From Promethearchaeota archaeon (GTDB lineage: Archaea; Asgardarchaeota; Lokiarchaeia; Sigyniarchaeales; SOKP01): a stretch of 37,167 nt of DNA. Under the pieces are notes generated by a model that saw nothing but the letters and a program-made list of their open reading frames with translations, was not told where the DNA came from and searched no databases. Below, piece after piece: positions 18,804 to 27,788 of this stretch (positions are counted from its first letter, which is position 1; each line of letters begins with the position of its first letter). A program made the translations under genes and the position numbers. The DNA lies in contig JBHLME010000034.1 of the NCBI GenBank assembly GCA_048938445.1, forward strand, positions 1 through 37,167, written 5' to 3'.

Positions 18804-20027
18804 ATGGTAAAAATTGAATTGAGAAATATATCCAAATCCTATAGAAAATTTAAAGCTTTGGATAATATATCACTTGAAATTAATGATAAAGAATATTTCA
18901 TAATTCTTGGACCTACGGGAGCAGGGAAAACCACTTTATTGAAAATTATTGCAGGATTAATAAAACCAGATTCAGGAAAAGTTTTATTTGATGGAAAAGA
19001 TGTCACGAAATTAAGTCCTAGAGAGAGAAATTTAGGATTCATGTTTGAAAATTATGCACTATTCCCTCACATGACTATTTATGATAATATAGCATACAGT
19101 AGTAGGGTTCATGCACGTAATCCAAACCAAACAAGAGCAATCGTAGAGCAAGTCCTCATGATGACTCTATTAACAGGGAGAAATACAGCACTTCCTAAGG
19201 AGATGAGTGGTGGGATGAAACAAAGAGTAGCATTATGTCGAGCATTAATGAACTTGGAACAATCAAAACTTCTTATTCTTGATGAACCCTTGAAAGCTCT
19301 TGATGCAGGATTGCGAATGAGTCTAAGGAATGAATTGCTGTTAATGGCCAAATCTAAACAACTAGAGTTAACTGTAATTCACATCACTAATGAAGAACAA
19401 GAAGCCATGATGGTTGCTGATAAAATTGCTGTAATTGATGAGGGGAAATTAATACAAATAGGTACACCCTACGAAATTTATTATCAACCCAAAGACTTGT
19501 TTGTTGCAAATTTTTTAAGTGAGATTAATTATTTTGAAGGAGTTGCAATTAAAAATAAAGAGCCTCCATGGGATATTTACGCAAAATCAAAGCAAGGTGA
19601 TAAATTCTTTACAGAAATACAAGATGAATTGATTCCAATGCAAATAGATTTAGAGTTAGATGATATATATGCTTCTTATGTCCAAAAAGATACTTTCAAT
19701 GAAATCAAGCATGGGGATCGTGTATTATTAGTTGTAAGATCAAATCATTTTAAATTAAGGCTTGGAAATCGAAAAAAGGAAAAAAGAAACGCATTTATAG
19801 GTAAAATATTCCGCCGGAAGTTTATGGGTGTGTTTTATCGGTTTGAGATTAAATCAAATATTGATAATAAAGAAAAAATTATTGTTATTACGGTTTTAGC
19901 AACATCGGAAATTCATAATAATTTCATAGAGGGGGCTGAAGTAATATTTTATTTTCCAAAAGAATTTGGTATCGTCTTTAAACACCCTGGAATGGATTAT
20001 ATTAAAAAAATATTTAAATTAGAATAA
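18804..20027 (+). CDS. Second ABC ATPase (PotA/MalK-like); degenerate Q- and H-loops
   Basis: GPTGAGKT, signature MSGGMKQR, LILDEP. The Q-loop reads FEN and the H-loop reads ITN. Confidence 0.92.
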   Translation: MVKIELRNISKSYRKFKALDNISLEINDKEYFIILGPTGAGKTTLLKIIAGLIKPDSGKVLFDGKDVTKLSPRERNLGFMFENYALFPHMTIYDNIAYSSRVHARNPNQTRAIVEQVLMMTLLTGRNTALPKEMSGGMKQRVALCRALMNLEQSKLLILDEPLKALDAGLRMSLRNELLLMAKSKQLELTVIHITNEEQEAMMVADKIAVIDEGKLIQIGTPYEIYYQPKDLFVANFLSEINYFEGVAIKNKEPPWDIYAKSKQGDKFFTEIQDELIPMQIDLELDDIYASYVQKDTFNEIKHGDRVLLVVRSNHFKLRLGNRKKEKRNAFIGKIFRRKFMGVFYRFEIKSNIDNKEKIIVITVLATSEIHNNFIEGAEVIFYFPKEFGIVFKHPGMDYIKKIFKLE

Positions 20028-20052
20028 ATATGAGTTAAAAATAATATAGGAA

Positions 20053-20751
20053 GTGATAAAAATTAGTTCTTTATATGAATGGTTTAAATCTCGGAATGAA
20101 GAAAGTGCAATTAATAGAACTTTAATTCATGCACAAAAGGTACTCGAGTGTGTTGTAGAATTTCAGAAAGGAATAACTTTTCTCATTAATGAGAAAAATA
20201 TCGATTTAGCTTTGAAAGTTTTCTTTCGAGTTAATGAATTAGAACATCAAGCCGATGGAATAAGAAGAAATATTCTAAATATGCTTTCTAAAGCAGAGCT
20301 TCCATCGATTATTCGAGAGAATCTCAGTCACCTTGTAAAAAGGATAGATGATATAGCTAATGCGACAAATGCTAGTGCAAGAATTCTATATTATATGAAT
20401 TATAGAGATTTCTTAAAATTGGATGAAGAAATATATAAGAATATCCTAAAAATTATGAATATTTCTGTAGAATGTGTTAAAAAAGTAATAATAATGGTTA
20501 ATAAATTATTAAGCGCAGATGAAACAGAAATCCAGAAATTAGGTGAGGAAGTAAATCGCTTAGAGCATGATGTGGACGAGTTGCGCTTTTCAATAAATAG
20601 AAACTTAGTTTCAAATCACCCAGACATAAATCCTTTTAGTGCTATTGAGATTCATAATTGTATTTCTACAATGGAAGCTATTACAGACAATGCTGAAGAA
20701 GTAGCTGATTATATAATAATGTTGACTATTGCCAAAAAAAAAAAGCAATAA
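20053..20751 (+). CDS. DUF47 / PhoU-like phosphate transport regulator
   Basis: LEHQADGIRR, RIDDIAN, LEHDVDEL, EAITDNAEEVAD. Confidence 0.9.
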   Translation: MIKISSLYEWFKSRNEESAINRTLIHAQKVLECVVEFQKGITFLINEKNIDLALKVFFRVNELEHQADGIRRNILNMLSKAELPSIIRENLSHLVKRIDDIANATNASARILYYMNYRDFLKLDEEIYKNILKIMNISVECVKKVIIMVNKLLSADETEIQKLGEEVNRLEHDVDELRFSINRNLVSNHPDINPFSAIEIHNCISTMEAITDNAEEVADYIIMLTIAKKKKQ

Positions 20752-20943
20752 TATTCTTGAATTGAAAAGAATTTTAGGTTATTTTATTTAAATATTTCAA
20801 TATCTATCTCTTCTTAGAGAATTATTTATTGAATAACTATATTTTAAGCACAAATTTCAATATTATTTAATTAATAAAGTGTTATAAAAGACATTTAATT
20901 AATTAATAATTGTAATATATAACTTTGTAATTATGATTTTAAA

Positions 20944-21621
20944 GTGTTTTTTACAATGGCAATACCTGATAATGAAGAATTAAACAAATTAAGTATTGAT
21001 AAATTAACTCATGTGTTTATGGATAGTATTAATGATCAAAACATTAAATTAATTGAAGGAATTGAATGCTTGATTAAAGAAGATTTTGATAGTTTTACGG
21101 CAAATCTTAAAGATGTCATTCAAACAGCGAAAGAAGACCAAATAAAAAAGACTTTTGAAAAGAGACTTTTTAAGTCAAAAAAATCTTCTTTTACAAAAGC
21201 AGATAGACTTAAATTATTTACAAAAATTAACGATATAAAGAATATCGGGGAGTTCATGGCACATAGAATGCTTTTATATAGAGTTGTGTTCCCTGATGAG
21301 GAATTTAAAGAGAGTATCATTAATATTAATCTTTTTTTAAAGGAAATATCAAACAAAATAAGTGATGCTGTAAAGTCTATAGGATCTGATCTTGAGAATT
21401 CTTATAATATTTGTGATGAAATTAAAGAAATTAGACGAAAAATGCGTAAAGAAGAGTGGAAAGTGTTAGAAAGGCTTTGGAATTATGATATGGATTATTT
21501 AAGTCGCACTTATCTTTATTTAAAGGAATTACTTGAAGATATAATGATGATGGCGGACCATATCAAGAATTTTGCTGAATATATCCAATTCTTGTCTACT
21601 AAATATCTGATTTTTAAATAA
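20944..21621 (+). CDS. Divergent DUF47-like protein (start probably ATG 20956)
   Basis: Similar length and helical pattern, with FTKADRLKLF and LEDIMMMADHIKNFAE, but the acidic EHxxD motifs are lost. Lies directly upstream of pit. Confidence 0.7.
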   Translation: MFFTMAIPDNEELNKLSIDKLTHVFMDSINDQNIKLIEGIECLIKEDFDSFTANLKDVIQTAKEDQIKKTFEKRLFKSKKSSFTKADRLKLFTKINDIKNIGEFMAHRMLLYRVVFPDEEFKESIININLFLKEISNKISDAVKSIGSDLENSYNICDEIKEIRRKMRKEEWKVLERLWNYDMDYLSRTYLYLKELLEDIMMMADHIKNFAEYIQFLSTKYLIFK

Positions 21622-21643
21622 AATTAACAAAGGGGGATTTTTT

Positions 21644-22666
21644 ATGGAGCAATTAAGCGATATAATAGTAATCACTCTAATTGTTCTAGCACTCTTCCTT
21701 TCATTTTCCATTGGGGCAAACGATGAAACCCCAGCACCTTTAGCTGCCGCAGGAACTTTAAAATTTAAAGCTGTATTAATATTAGGTGGTGTGGGTTTAG
21801 CGATTGGGACAATATTTCTTTCAGAAGAAGTTGCGAGCACGGTTGGTAAGAAATTTGTAGGAACGGAGGTATCATATTCAATATACATGCTTTTAAGTGT
21901 ATTAATTAGTGCAATTATTTGGTTAGTAGTAGGTAGTCTCGCAGGAATTCCTTTATCTTCTACTCATTCCTTATTTGGCTCAATTATTGGTGTAATTATA
22001 GTTTTTATTTCATTTAAAGGTATAAATGTCGCTGGAGCGTTTAATTGGGAAATATTGGCCTCCGTTATAGTTGGTTGGGTTTTAAGTCCGTTAGTGGGCT
22101 TTATTTTAACATACATTTTGTATAAAGTGATTTCTAAGTATTTCTTAAAGAAATTTAAGGGTCTTAATGCTATAGAAAACTCAGAAATAATATTTTCTTG
22201 GGCTTTATTAATCGCTGTTTTTGGAGTATCTATATATACAGGGGCAAATTCCGCAGAGGCTTTGGGAATAATATATGCACTTTTTAATGAATCTTACTTA
22301 AGTTTTGCAGAATATTGGTTCTTGAAGCTTTTTCTTGGAGTTTCCGCATTTTTTGGCTTATTTCTAGCCGGGAGATATGTTATTAGGAATTTAGCTAGTC
22401 AAACAACAGATGCTCGACCAAGCGAGGGATTTGTATTGCAAATTGCAGCATTTATAGTATTATTTGTAGTAACACCATTAGGAATACCTATTAGTCATAG
22501 CCATGTAATAGTTTTTAGCATAATTGGTTTAAATGTGGCAAAAAAACAGGAGGTTGATTATAGAGGACTAGGAAAAATGGCTTTATATTGGTTTTTAACA
22601 CTCCCAATTGCTGCAATAGTTGGAGGTCTAATATATATGGGATTTTATTTGAATGGATTATGGTAA
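21644..22666 (+). CDS. pit: Inorganic phosphate transporter, PiT/PHO4 family
   Basis: IGAND, GIPLSSTHS, GANS and GIPISHSH repeats; multi-TM. Confidence 0.9.
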   Translation: MEQLSDIIVITLIVLALFLSFSIGANDETPAPLAAAGTLKFKAVLILGGVGLAIGTIFLSEEVASTVGKKFVGTEVSYSIYMLLSVLISAIIWLVVGSLAGIPLSSTHSLFGSIIGVIIVFISFKGINVAGAFNWEILASVIVGWVLSPLVGFILTYILYKVISKYFLKKFKGLNAIENSEIIFSWALLIAVFGVSIYTGANSAEALGIIYALFNESYLSFAEYWFLKLFLGVSAFFGLFLAGRYVIRNLASQTTDARPSEGFVLQIAAFIVLFVVTPLGIPISHSHVIVFSIIGLNVAKKQEVDYRGLGKMALYWFLTLPIAAIVGGLIYMGFYLNGLW

Positions 22667-22720
22667 ATAAATATTTAAAGTAAAAAATCATTAAAATTAT
22701 AAGAAAAAAGAAGTGATAAA

Positions 22721-23404
22721 ATGGGTTCATTAATAGAATATTTTAAAAAAAAGACGGCAACAAATGTATTGGAACAAGCAATAAAACATGCTCAAAAGGT
22801 TCAAGAAAGTGTTTATAAATTGAATGAAGGCATTAACATGCTATTAGTAACAAAAGATCTTGATAAATGTCATGATCTCTTTCATGAAGTGGATCGTTTC
22901 GAAGGGGAAGCGGATAATATTAGGAGAGAGATATTAAAAGACATATCTAAAGGTGAATTGAATCCAAGTGTAAGGATAGATTTATCTCATCTGATTAAAA
23001 GATTAGATGATGTAGCTAATTGCGCTACAGGTGTCGCACGAAGAATTGCTACGATACCAATTAAATTTTGGGAACAAAGTAGCGATGAAACATTAGATTT
23101 GATCAAAGTGATGATGAGTACTACAGTAAAGTGTGCAGAATATCTAGATAAAATCGTAATTGATTTATTAGGTCAGCGTCAACAAGTTAAAGCGTTCGCA
23201 AAAGAGATTAATCTCCTTGAACATGAAATAGATTTAGCTAATATTAAGCTGAGAAAAAGTTTGCAACAAACAAATTATCAAATTAATGCTTTTACAGTAT
23301 TCACTGTGGGTAATACAATGGATATTATCGAAGCTATCTCAGATTCAATCGAAATTGTTGCTGATTATATAATGCAGTTATTAACTACTGCAAATGTTCT
23401 TTAA
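22721..23404 (+). CDS. DUF47 / PhoU-like phosphate transport regulator
   Basis: FEGEADNIRR, RLDDVAN, LEHEIDL, EAISDSIEIVAD. Confidence 0.9.
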   Translation: MGSLIEYFKKKTATNVLEQAIKHAQKVQESVYKLNEGINMLLVTKDLDKCHDLFHEVDRFEGEADNIRREILKDISKGELNPSVRIDLSHLIKRLDDVANCATGVARRIATIPIKFWEQSSDETLDLIKVMMSTTVKCAEYLDKIVIDLLGQRQQVKAFAKEINLLEHEIDLANIKLRKSLQQTNYQINAFTVFTVGNTMDIIEAISDSIEIVADYIMQLLTTANVL

Positions 23405-23445
23405 AATAAGGGATTTTTTTAGTTAAATTTTTTTTAAAAATGGAA

Positions 23446-24549
23446 TTATTTAAGAGATTTTAGGTATTCAATAATCAATTCGGCAGCTTTATCAATGCCA
23501 CTTAAAGTAGAGATCTCGGGAACATTATGACTATACATCACGGGTATTCCAATAAGGGCTGATGGAACTCCAAGCCATTTTTGAGCTTTACCCGCATCAG
23601 ATCCATAGAACTCACAAACACCATTTTGGAATGGAATATTCTTTTTTTCAGCATTATCACTTAAATTCTTACAAAATCCGTGATCTAAGACACCATGACC
23701 CCTTCCTTCTTGCCAAATGATAACTGGTCCCCCTTCAAGCTGAATATCAGAATTTACACTTCCAGAAAAGTCTGCAACGAGACCTATATCGATCCCAATT
23801 ACTCTATCCATATTATTGTGTTTTAAAAAATAATATGCCCCTTCAGTACCAATTTCTTCTCTCGTCGTTCCTACAATATAAACATCGTGAGAGAGCTTTA
23901 CATGTCCAAAATCATCCATCAGTTGATTTTTTATTTTTTCTGCTAAGACAATTAAACATGTCAATGCGGCTAAATTATCCATTGAATATCCCGCAATTAA
24001 ATTATCATTTATTTCAGGATTGAGTAATCCAAAATCTCCAGAAAATACGAATGGTGAACCTACATGAATCTTATAGTCCTTAATGGCTTCCTCCTTGCTT
24101 TTTGCACCTATATAAATTTCCATTTCTAAAGGGTCTAATTTTTCTTTTGTTCTAAGTCTATCTGGTGTAGAATGAGCAGAACGCCCACTTATTATTCCTT
24201 TTATCCAATTCCCTTCCTTATTTAAGATTTCGATCGTTCTTGAAACAAGCCAACGCCCTTCATATCCACCTCTTCTTGAAAACTCAAGTGTTCCTTTTTT
24301 TTTTATTTTACGGATTGTTCCTCCGATTTCATCAATATGAGCTAGGATTGCGATGGATAGTTTACCAGATTTCCCCTTTAATTTAACATAATAATTACCC
24401 AACAAGTCTTTATTTACTGGTATGTCTTTTTCTTTAAATATAGTTTCTAATTCTTTTTTAAATACTTCTGATCGAGCTTTCTCTAAACCTGAGGGTGCTC
24501 TTTGTGATGCCAATTTAGTGATGACCGTTAATATCTCTTTATTATTCAC
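23446..24549 (-). CDS. M42 family metallo-aminopeptidase (TET-like)
   Basis: APSGLE, AHIDEIG, MDN, REEIG, IDIG, GSDA, YSH. Confidence 0.88.
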   Translation of the reverse strand: MNNKEILTVITKLASQRAPSGLEKARSEVFKKELETIFKEKDIPVNKDLLGNYYVKLKGKSGKLSIAILAHIDEIGGTIRKIKKKGTLEFSRRGGYEGRWLVSRTIEILNKEGNWIKGIISGRSAHSTPDRLRTKEKLDPLEMEIYIGAKSKEEAIKDYKIHVGSPFVFSGDFGLLNPEINDNLIAGYSMDNLAALTCLIVLAEKIKNQLMDDFGHVKLSHDVYIVGTTREEIGTEGAYYFLKHNNMDRVIGIDIGLVADFSGSVNSDIQLEGGPVIIWQEGRGHGVLDHGFCKNLSDNAEKKNIPFQNGVCEFYGSDAGKAQKWLGVPSALIGIPVMYSHNVPEISTLSGIDKAAELIIEYLKSLK

Positions 24550-24655
24550 TATTTTATCACGTTATTTTTACTAATTAAATGAGATAATTTTGTTCTATAA
24601 TGATATTATTAGTTAATTTTTTATTAACATTTTTACTAACGTTTAAATAGCAAAT

Positions 24656-25135
24656 TTGTATAATTTCAATTATAATATGACAGAAATTTTAGAAGGCGTA
24701 AAGCAAAGATTTTTAAAAATTAAGGATACCACCAGAATTAAGGTAAGGATGAATGATACCGATGCTATGGGTATTGTACATTTTAAAAATTACATGGTCT
24801 ATTTTGATGATGGGTTTGTGAGTTTAATGAATAACATTGCCCATCCACGACGTATAGAAGATAGCGTTAGAGAAGGAATAGCGTGTGGTGTGAAGCATAT
24901 CGACATAACTTATGAAAATTCAGCTAAATTTGGTGATTATCTCATCGTAAAATCTCAAATTAAAGATATAGGTCATAAATCAATCATATTTCACCATGAA
25001 ATATTTAATGAATCAAATAAAAACTTATTAGCTACGGTTGATTGCGTGAGGTTTTTCATAGATTTAAATAAAAATGAAATAATAGATGCGACTGAATTTC
25101 TCTTGGATTATACAAAATTGGATGATCCTCCCTGA
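24656..25135 (+). CDS. Acyl-CoA thioesterase (4HBT/YbgC hot-dog fold); start probably ATG 24677
   Basis: VRMNDTDAMGIVHFKNYMVYFD. Confidence 0.9.
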   Translation: MYNFNYNMTEILEGVKQRFLKIKDTTRIKVRMNDTDAMGIVHFKNYMVYFDDGFVSLMNNIAHPRRIEDSVREGIACGVKHIDITYENSAKFGDYLIVKSQIKDIGHKSIIFHHEIFNESNKNLLATVDCVRFFIDLNKNEIIDATEFLLDYTKLDDPP

Positions 25136-25170
25136 GCCTATGTACCACCAATAAAACCTTAAATAAAATA

Positions 25171-25884
25171 TTATCCAAAAACATTAAATATTGCCATTAA
25201 AAAATCGATTATTAAACAAGTAAGAAGAACTATTAAAATAGAAGAAGCTTTAGCAAATCTATAATTTATTTTTGTAAATGATTTCCAATTTAATTTTATA
25301 TATTGAAGATAATCTAAATAATATTCACCTAAGCTCGCTTTTAAAGAAAAGTCCTTGATAATTGCTAATATTACATAAAAGAAAACTTCAACGATCCATA
25401 TTACCAGAATAACTAAATTATCTGAAATCCTATAATTTAAATTCCCTAATGGATAAAAATCTAACTGGGTATTAAAACTTTTCAACGTAAATCCTAAAGT
25501 AATGAGGCATATTGCTAAATACTGCGGATGTTTTAAATACTTATAAGGGCCTTTCTTTATCATTTGATTTCGATTAATTACTTGATATATAAAAGATATA
25601 AAAAAGAATAGAAATCCGAATATGATAAAAATCGTTCCAGGACGATCAATATAATAAAAGAAATCTTCTTGTATCATGCTTAGATTGAATCTATATAAAT
25701 ATAGGAATAAAGGCATGCTTTTTGGACTTGATAAAAAACAGTCTTTACAATAAATATCAAAGGTTGTTGGAACAACTTGGAGTAATGGAATCAAAATTGC
25801 GAAAAGTCTTATTATTATATTAAAAAATATAACTTTTGATTTTTGAAATCTATTTTTCTCTAAATTGAGAAGTTCTGATTGCAT
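25171..25884 (-). CDS. ICMT/PEMT-like membrane methyltransferase family protein
   Basis: GPYKYLKHPQYLA; multi-TM. The usual EE..L...G..Y motif reads KD..L...G..Y. Confidence 0.65.
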   Translation of the reverse strand: MQSELLNLEKNRFQKSKVIFFNIIIRLFAILIPLLQVVPTTFDIYCKDCFLSSPKSMPLFLYLYRFNLSMIQEDFFYYIDRPGTIFIIFGFLFFFISFIYQVINRNQMIKKGPYKYLKHPQYLAICLITLGFTLKSFNTQLDFYPLGNLNYRISDNLVILVIWIVEVFFYVILAIIKDFSLKASLGEYYLDYLQYIKLNWKSFTKINYRFAKASSILIVLLTCLIIDFLMAIFNVFG

Positions 25885-26106
25885 TTGTCTTTCAGAATAT
25901 TCTTTAATTGATCATTATAATTATTGATGTGAGCAATTTATTTAAGGGTTTTGGTCATAATAGCAATTAATATGTTCATATCAAAAAGGGTTTACTATAA
26001 GGGAATATATGATTTATATACAAAATCGATATTTCTTTTAAATAAAAAAATCATTTATCCATTTCTAGTTAGAATTAAATAGTCTAACTTTATCTATTTA
26101 GATATT

Positions 26107-26799
26107 ATGACTGATTTAATTACATATGTATTTGAATTTACAACGATGATTTTATCATTTATCGCTGCTTTCTTATTATACTATAAGTCAAGGACTTCCG
26201 AAGTTAAAATTGGTGCAAGATTTTTAAGTTTAAGCATAGCTTTACTTGGATTGTATGCATTAAGTACAATAATTTATTCATTAATAGGACAAGCATGGGC
26301 TATAGATGTATTCATGAAAATTGGTATTGTAAGTTTAATTTATGCTGTATTGTTTTTATTCTATACGATGATGATCTTGATTTATTCAAGTAAATGGGTT
26401 AGATTAAAAATCGTATATATGATTGGTATTTTCGCTATTGCTACTATAATCTCGGTCATTATCATTGTTGTTAATCATATAGAGGTTAAAAATGAGGTTA
26501 CAGCTGATACTCATTTCAATCCTATCTTGCCATTCCTATTATTTGCTTTGTACATGGGATTCATGTTAATATTTTCAACTTTTGCGTTATACTATTTTGG
26601 AATTTCAAAAAACAGTGGTGATTCAAAAATGAGGATGATCTTCTTTTTCTTAGGTTTACTCTTAATCATACTTGCTCTCATTAATGAAGTAATTGGTAAT
26701 TTTATAGAAATTGAAGTGCTTTTTGACACGATTTTATTTGGATTACTCTCTGGAGCATCCATTCTATTTGCCTTAGCATTTCTTAGAGGAAATAAATAA
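26107..26799 (+). CDS. 7-TM membrane protein, paralogue A
   Basis: Seven hydrophobic segments, no soluble output domain. Confidence 0.8.
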   Translation: MTDLITYVFEFTTMILSFIAAFLLYYKSRTSEVKIGARFLSLSIALLGLYALSTIIYSLIGQAWAIDVFMKIGIVSLIYAVLFLFYTMMILIYSSKWVRLKIVYMIGIFAIATIISVIIIVVNHIEVKNEVTADTHFNPILPFLLFALYMGFMLIFSTFALYYFGISKNSGDSKMRMIFFFLGLLLIILALINEVIGNFIEIEVLFDTILFGLLSGASILFALAFLRGNK

Positions 26800-27451
26800 A
26801 TTTATAATTTTTTAATTATATTTTTTCATTTTATTATTATTATATACAAGCTTTAATGCAAGTTATATAGAAAAATAATAAATTATTTGATTCTCTCCTT
26901 AATTTGATTGCTGAATTTAGGATCATTTCGGTAGTAATTGTTTTACAGAGCAATATTAACTTAAACTATTTCAAATCTGATGATCTTATGTAGCGATAGA
27001 TGATAATAGTTAAATAATCTTATTTAGATTAAGTAATTATCATGACTGAATTAATTACTTATGTATTTGAATTTGTAACAATGATTTTATCATTTATTGC
27101 AGCTATTTTATTATACAATAAATCAAGAACTTCTGAAATTAAATTAGGTTCAAGACTTTTAAGTTTTAGTTCAATTTTACTTGGATTATATGCATTAAGC
27201 ACGATAATTTATTCATTAATCGGACAAGAATGGGCCATTCAAGTATTCTTGAAAATTGGGATTGTGTGCTTAATTTATTCTGTGTTATTTTTATTTTATA
27301 CAATGATTTTCTTGATATATCCAATTAAATGGGTGAAATCGAAAATTAGATATATGATTGGTATTTTCGTTATTGCTACTATAATCTCGGTCATTATCGT
27401 TATTGTTGATCATATAGAGGTTAAAAATGAGGTTACAGCTGATACTCATTT
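26415..27451 (+). repeat. 102-nt near-identical direct repeat (26415..26516 and 27350..27451) inside the tandem paralogues
   Basis: Manual alignment gives 98/102 identical. Confidence 0.85.
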
Positions 27452-27731
27452 TGATCCAATCATACCCTACATTCTATTTGCATTATACATGGGATTTATG
27501 TTATTATTTTCAACGATTACATTATTTTATTTTGGAATTCTAAAAAGTAGTGCTTCAAAAATGAGAATGACACTCTTTTTCTTAGGATTGATCTTAGTCA
27601 TTGTATCGCTCGTTAATGAAGTAATTGGAAATTTTATAGAAAATGAAGTGCTTTTTGATACTCTTTTATTTGGATTTCTCTCAGGAGCAACCGTTCTGTT
27701 TACTCTATCAATCTTTAGAGGAAAAACGTAA
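27042..27731 (+). CDS. 7-TM membrane protein, paralogue B (tandem duplicate)
   Basis: Aligns end to end with 26107..26799. Confidence 0.8.
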   Translation: MTELITYVFEFVTMILSFIAAILLYNKSRTSEIKLGSRLLSFSSILLGLYALSTIIYSLIGQEWAIQVFLKIGIVCLIYSVLFLFYTMIFLIYPIKWVKSKIRYMIGIFVIATIISVIIVIVDHIEVKNEVTADTHFDPIIPYILFALYMGFMLLFSTITLFYFGILKSSASKMRMTLFFLGLILVIVSLVNEVIGNFIENEVLFDTLLFGFLSGATVLFTLSIFRGKT

Positions 27732-27788
27732 ATTTATTTTTTTTTTTAATTTTATTTCTTCAAATAAAAACAGACCATTTGTTTATTA

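Noticed and set aside
14824-20027. Calling the ABC operon pstSCAB, or a specific Fe3+/polyamine/molybdate transporter
   Set aside because: The motifs do not match Pst subunits, and the substrate cannot be assigned from family resemblance.
25133-25162. Selenocysteine readthrough at TGA-ending genes (e.g. the thioesterase)
   Set aside because: The domains are complete before the TGA, the extensions are short, and no SECIS-like hairpin was recognised.
26415-27451. DGR template/variable repeat pair
   Set aside because: Mismatches are not confined to adenines of one copy, both copies are coding, and no reverse transcriptase is in the window.
26107-27731. Rhodopsins (schizorhodopsin or heliorhodopsin)
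   Set aside because: No retinal-binding Lys in helix 7 (FDTILFGLLSG).
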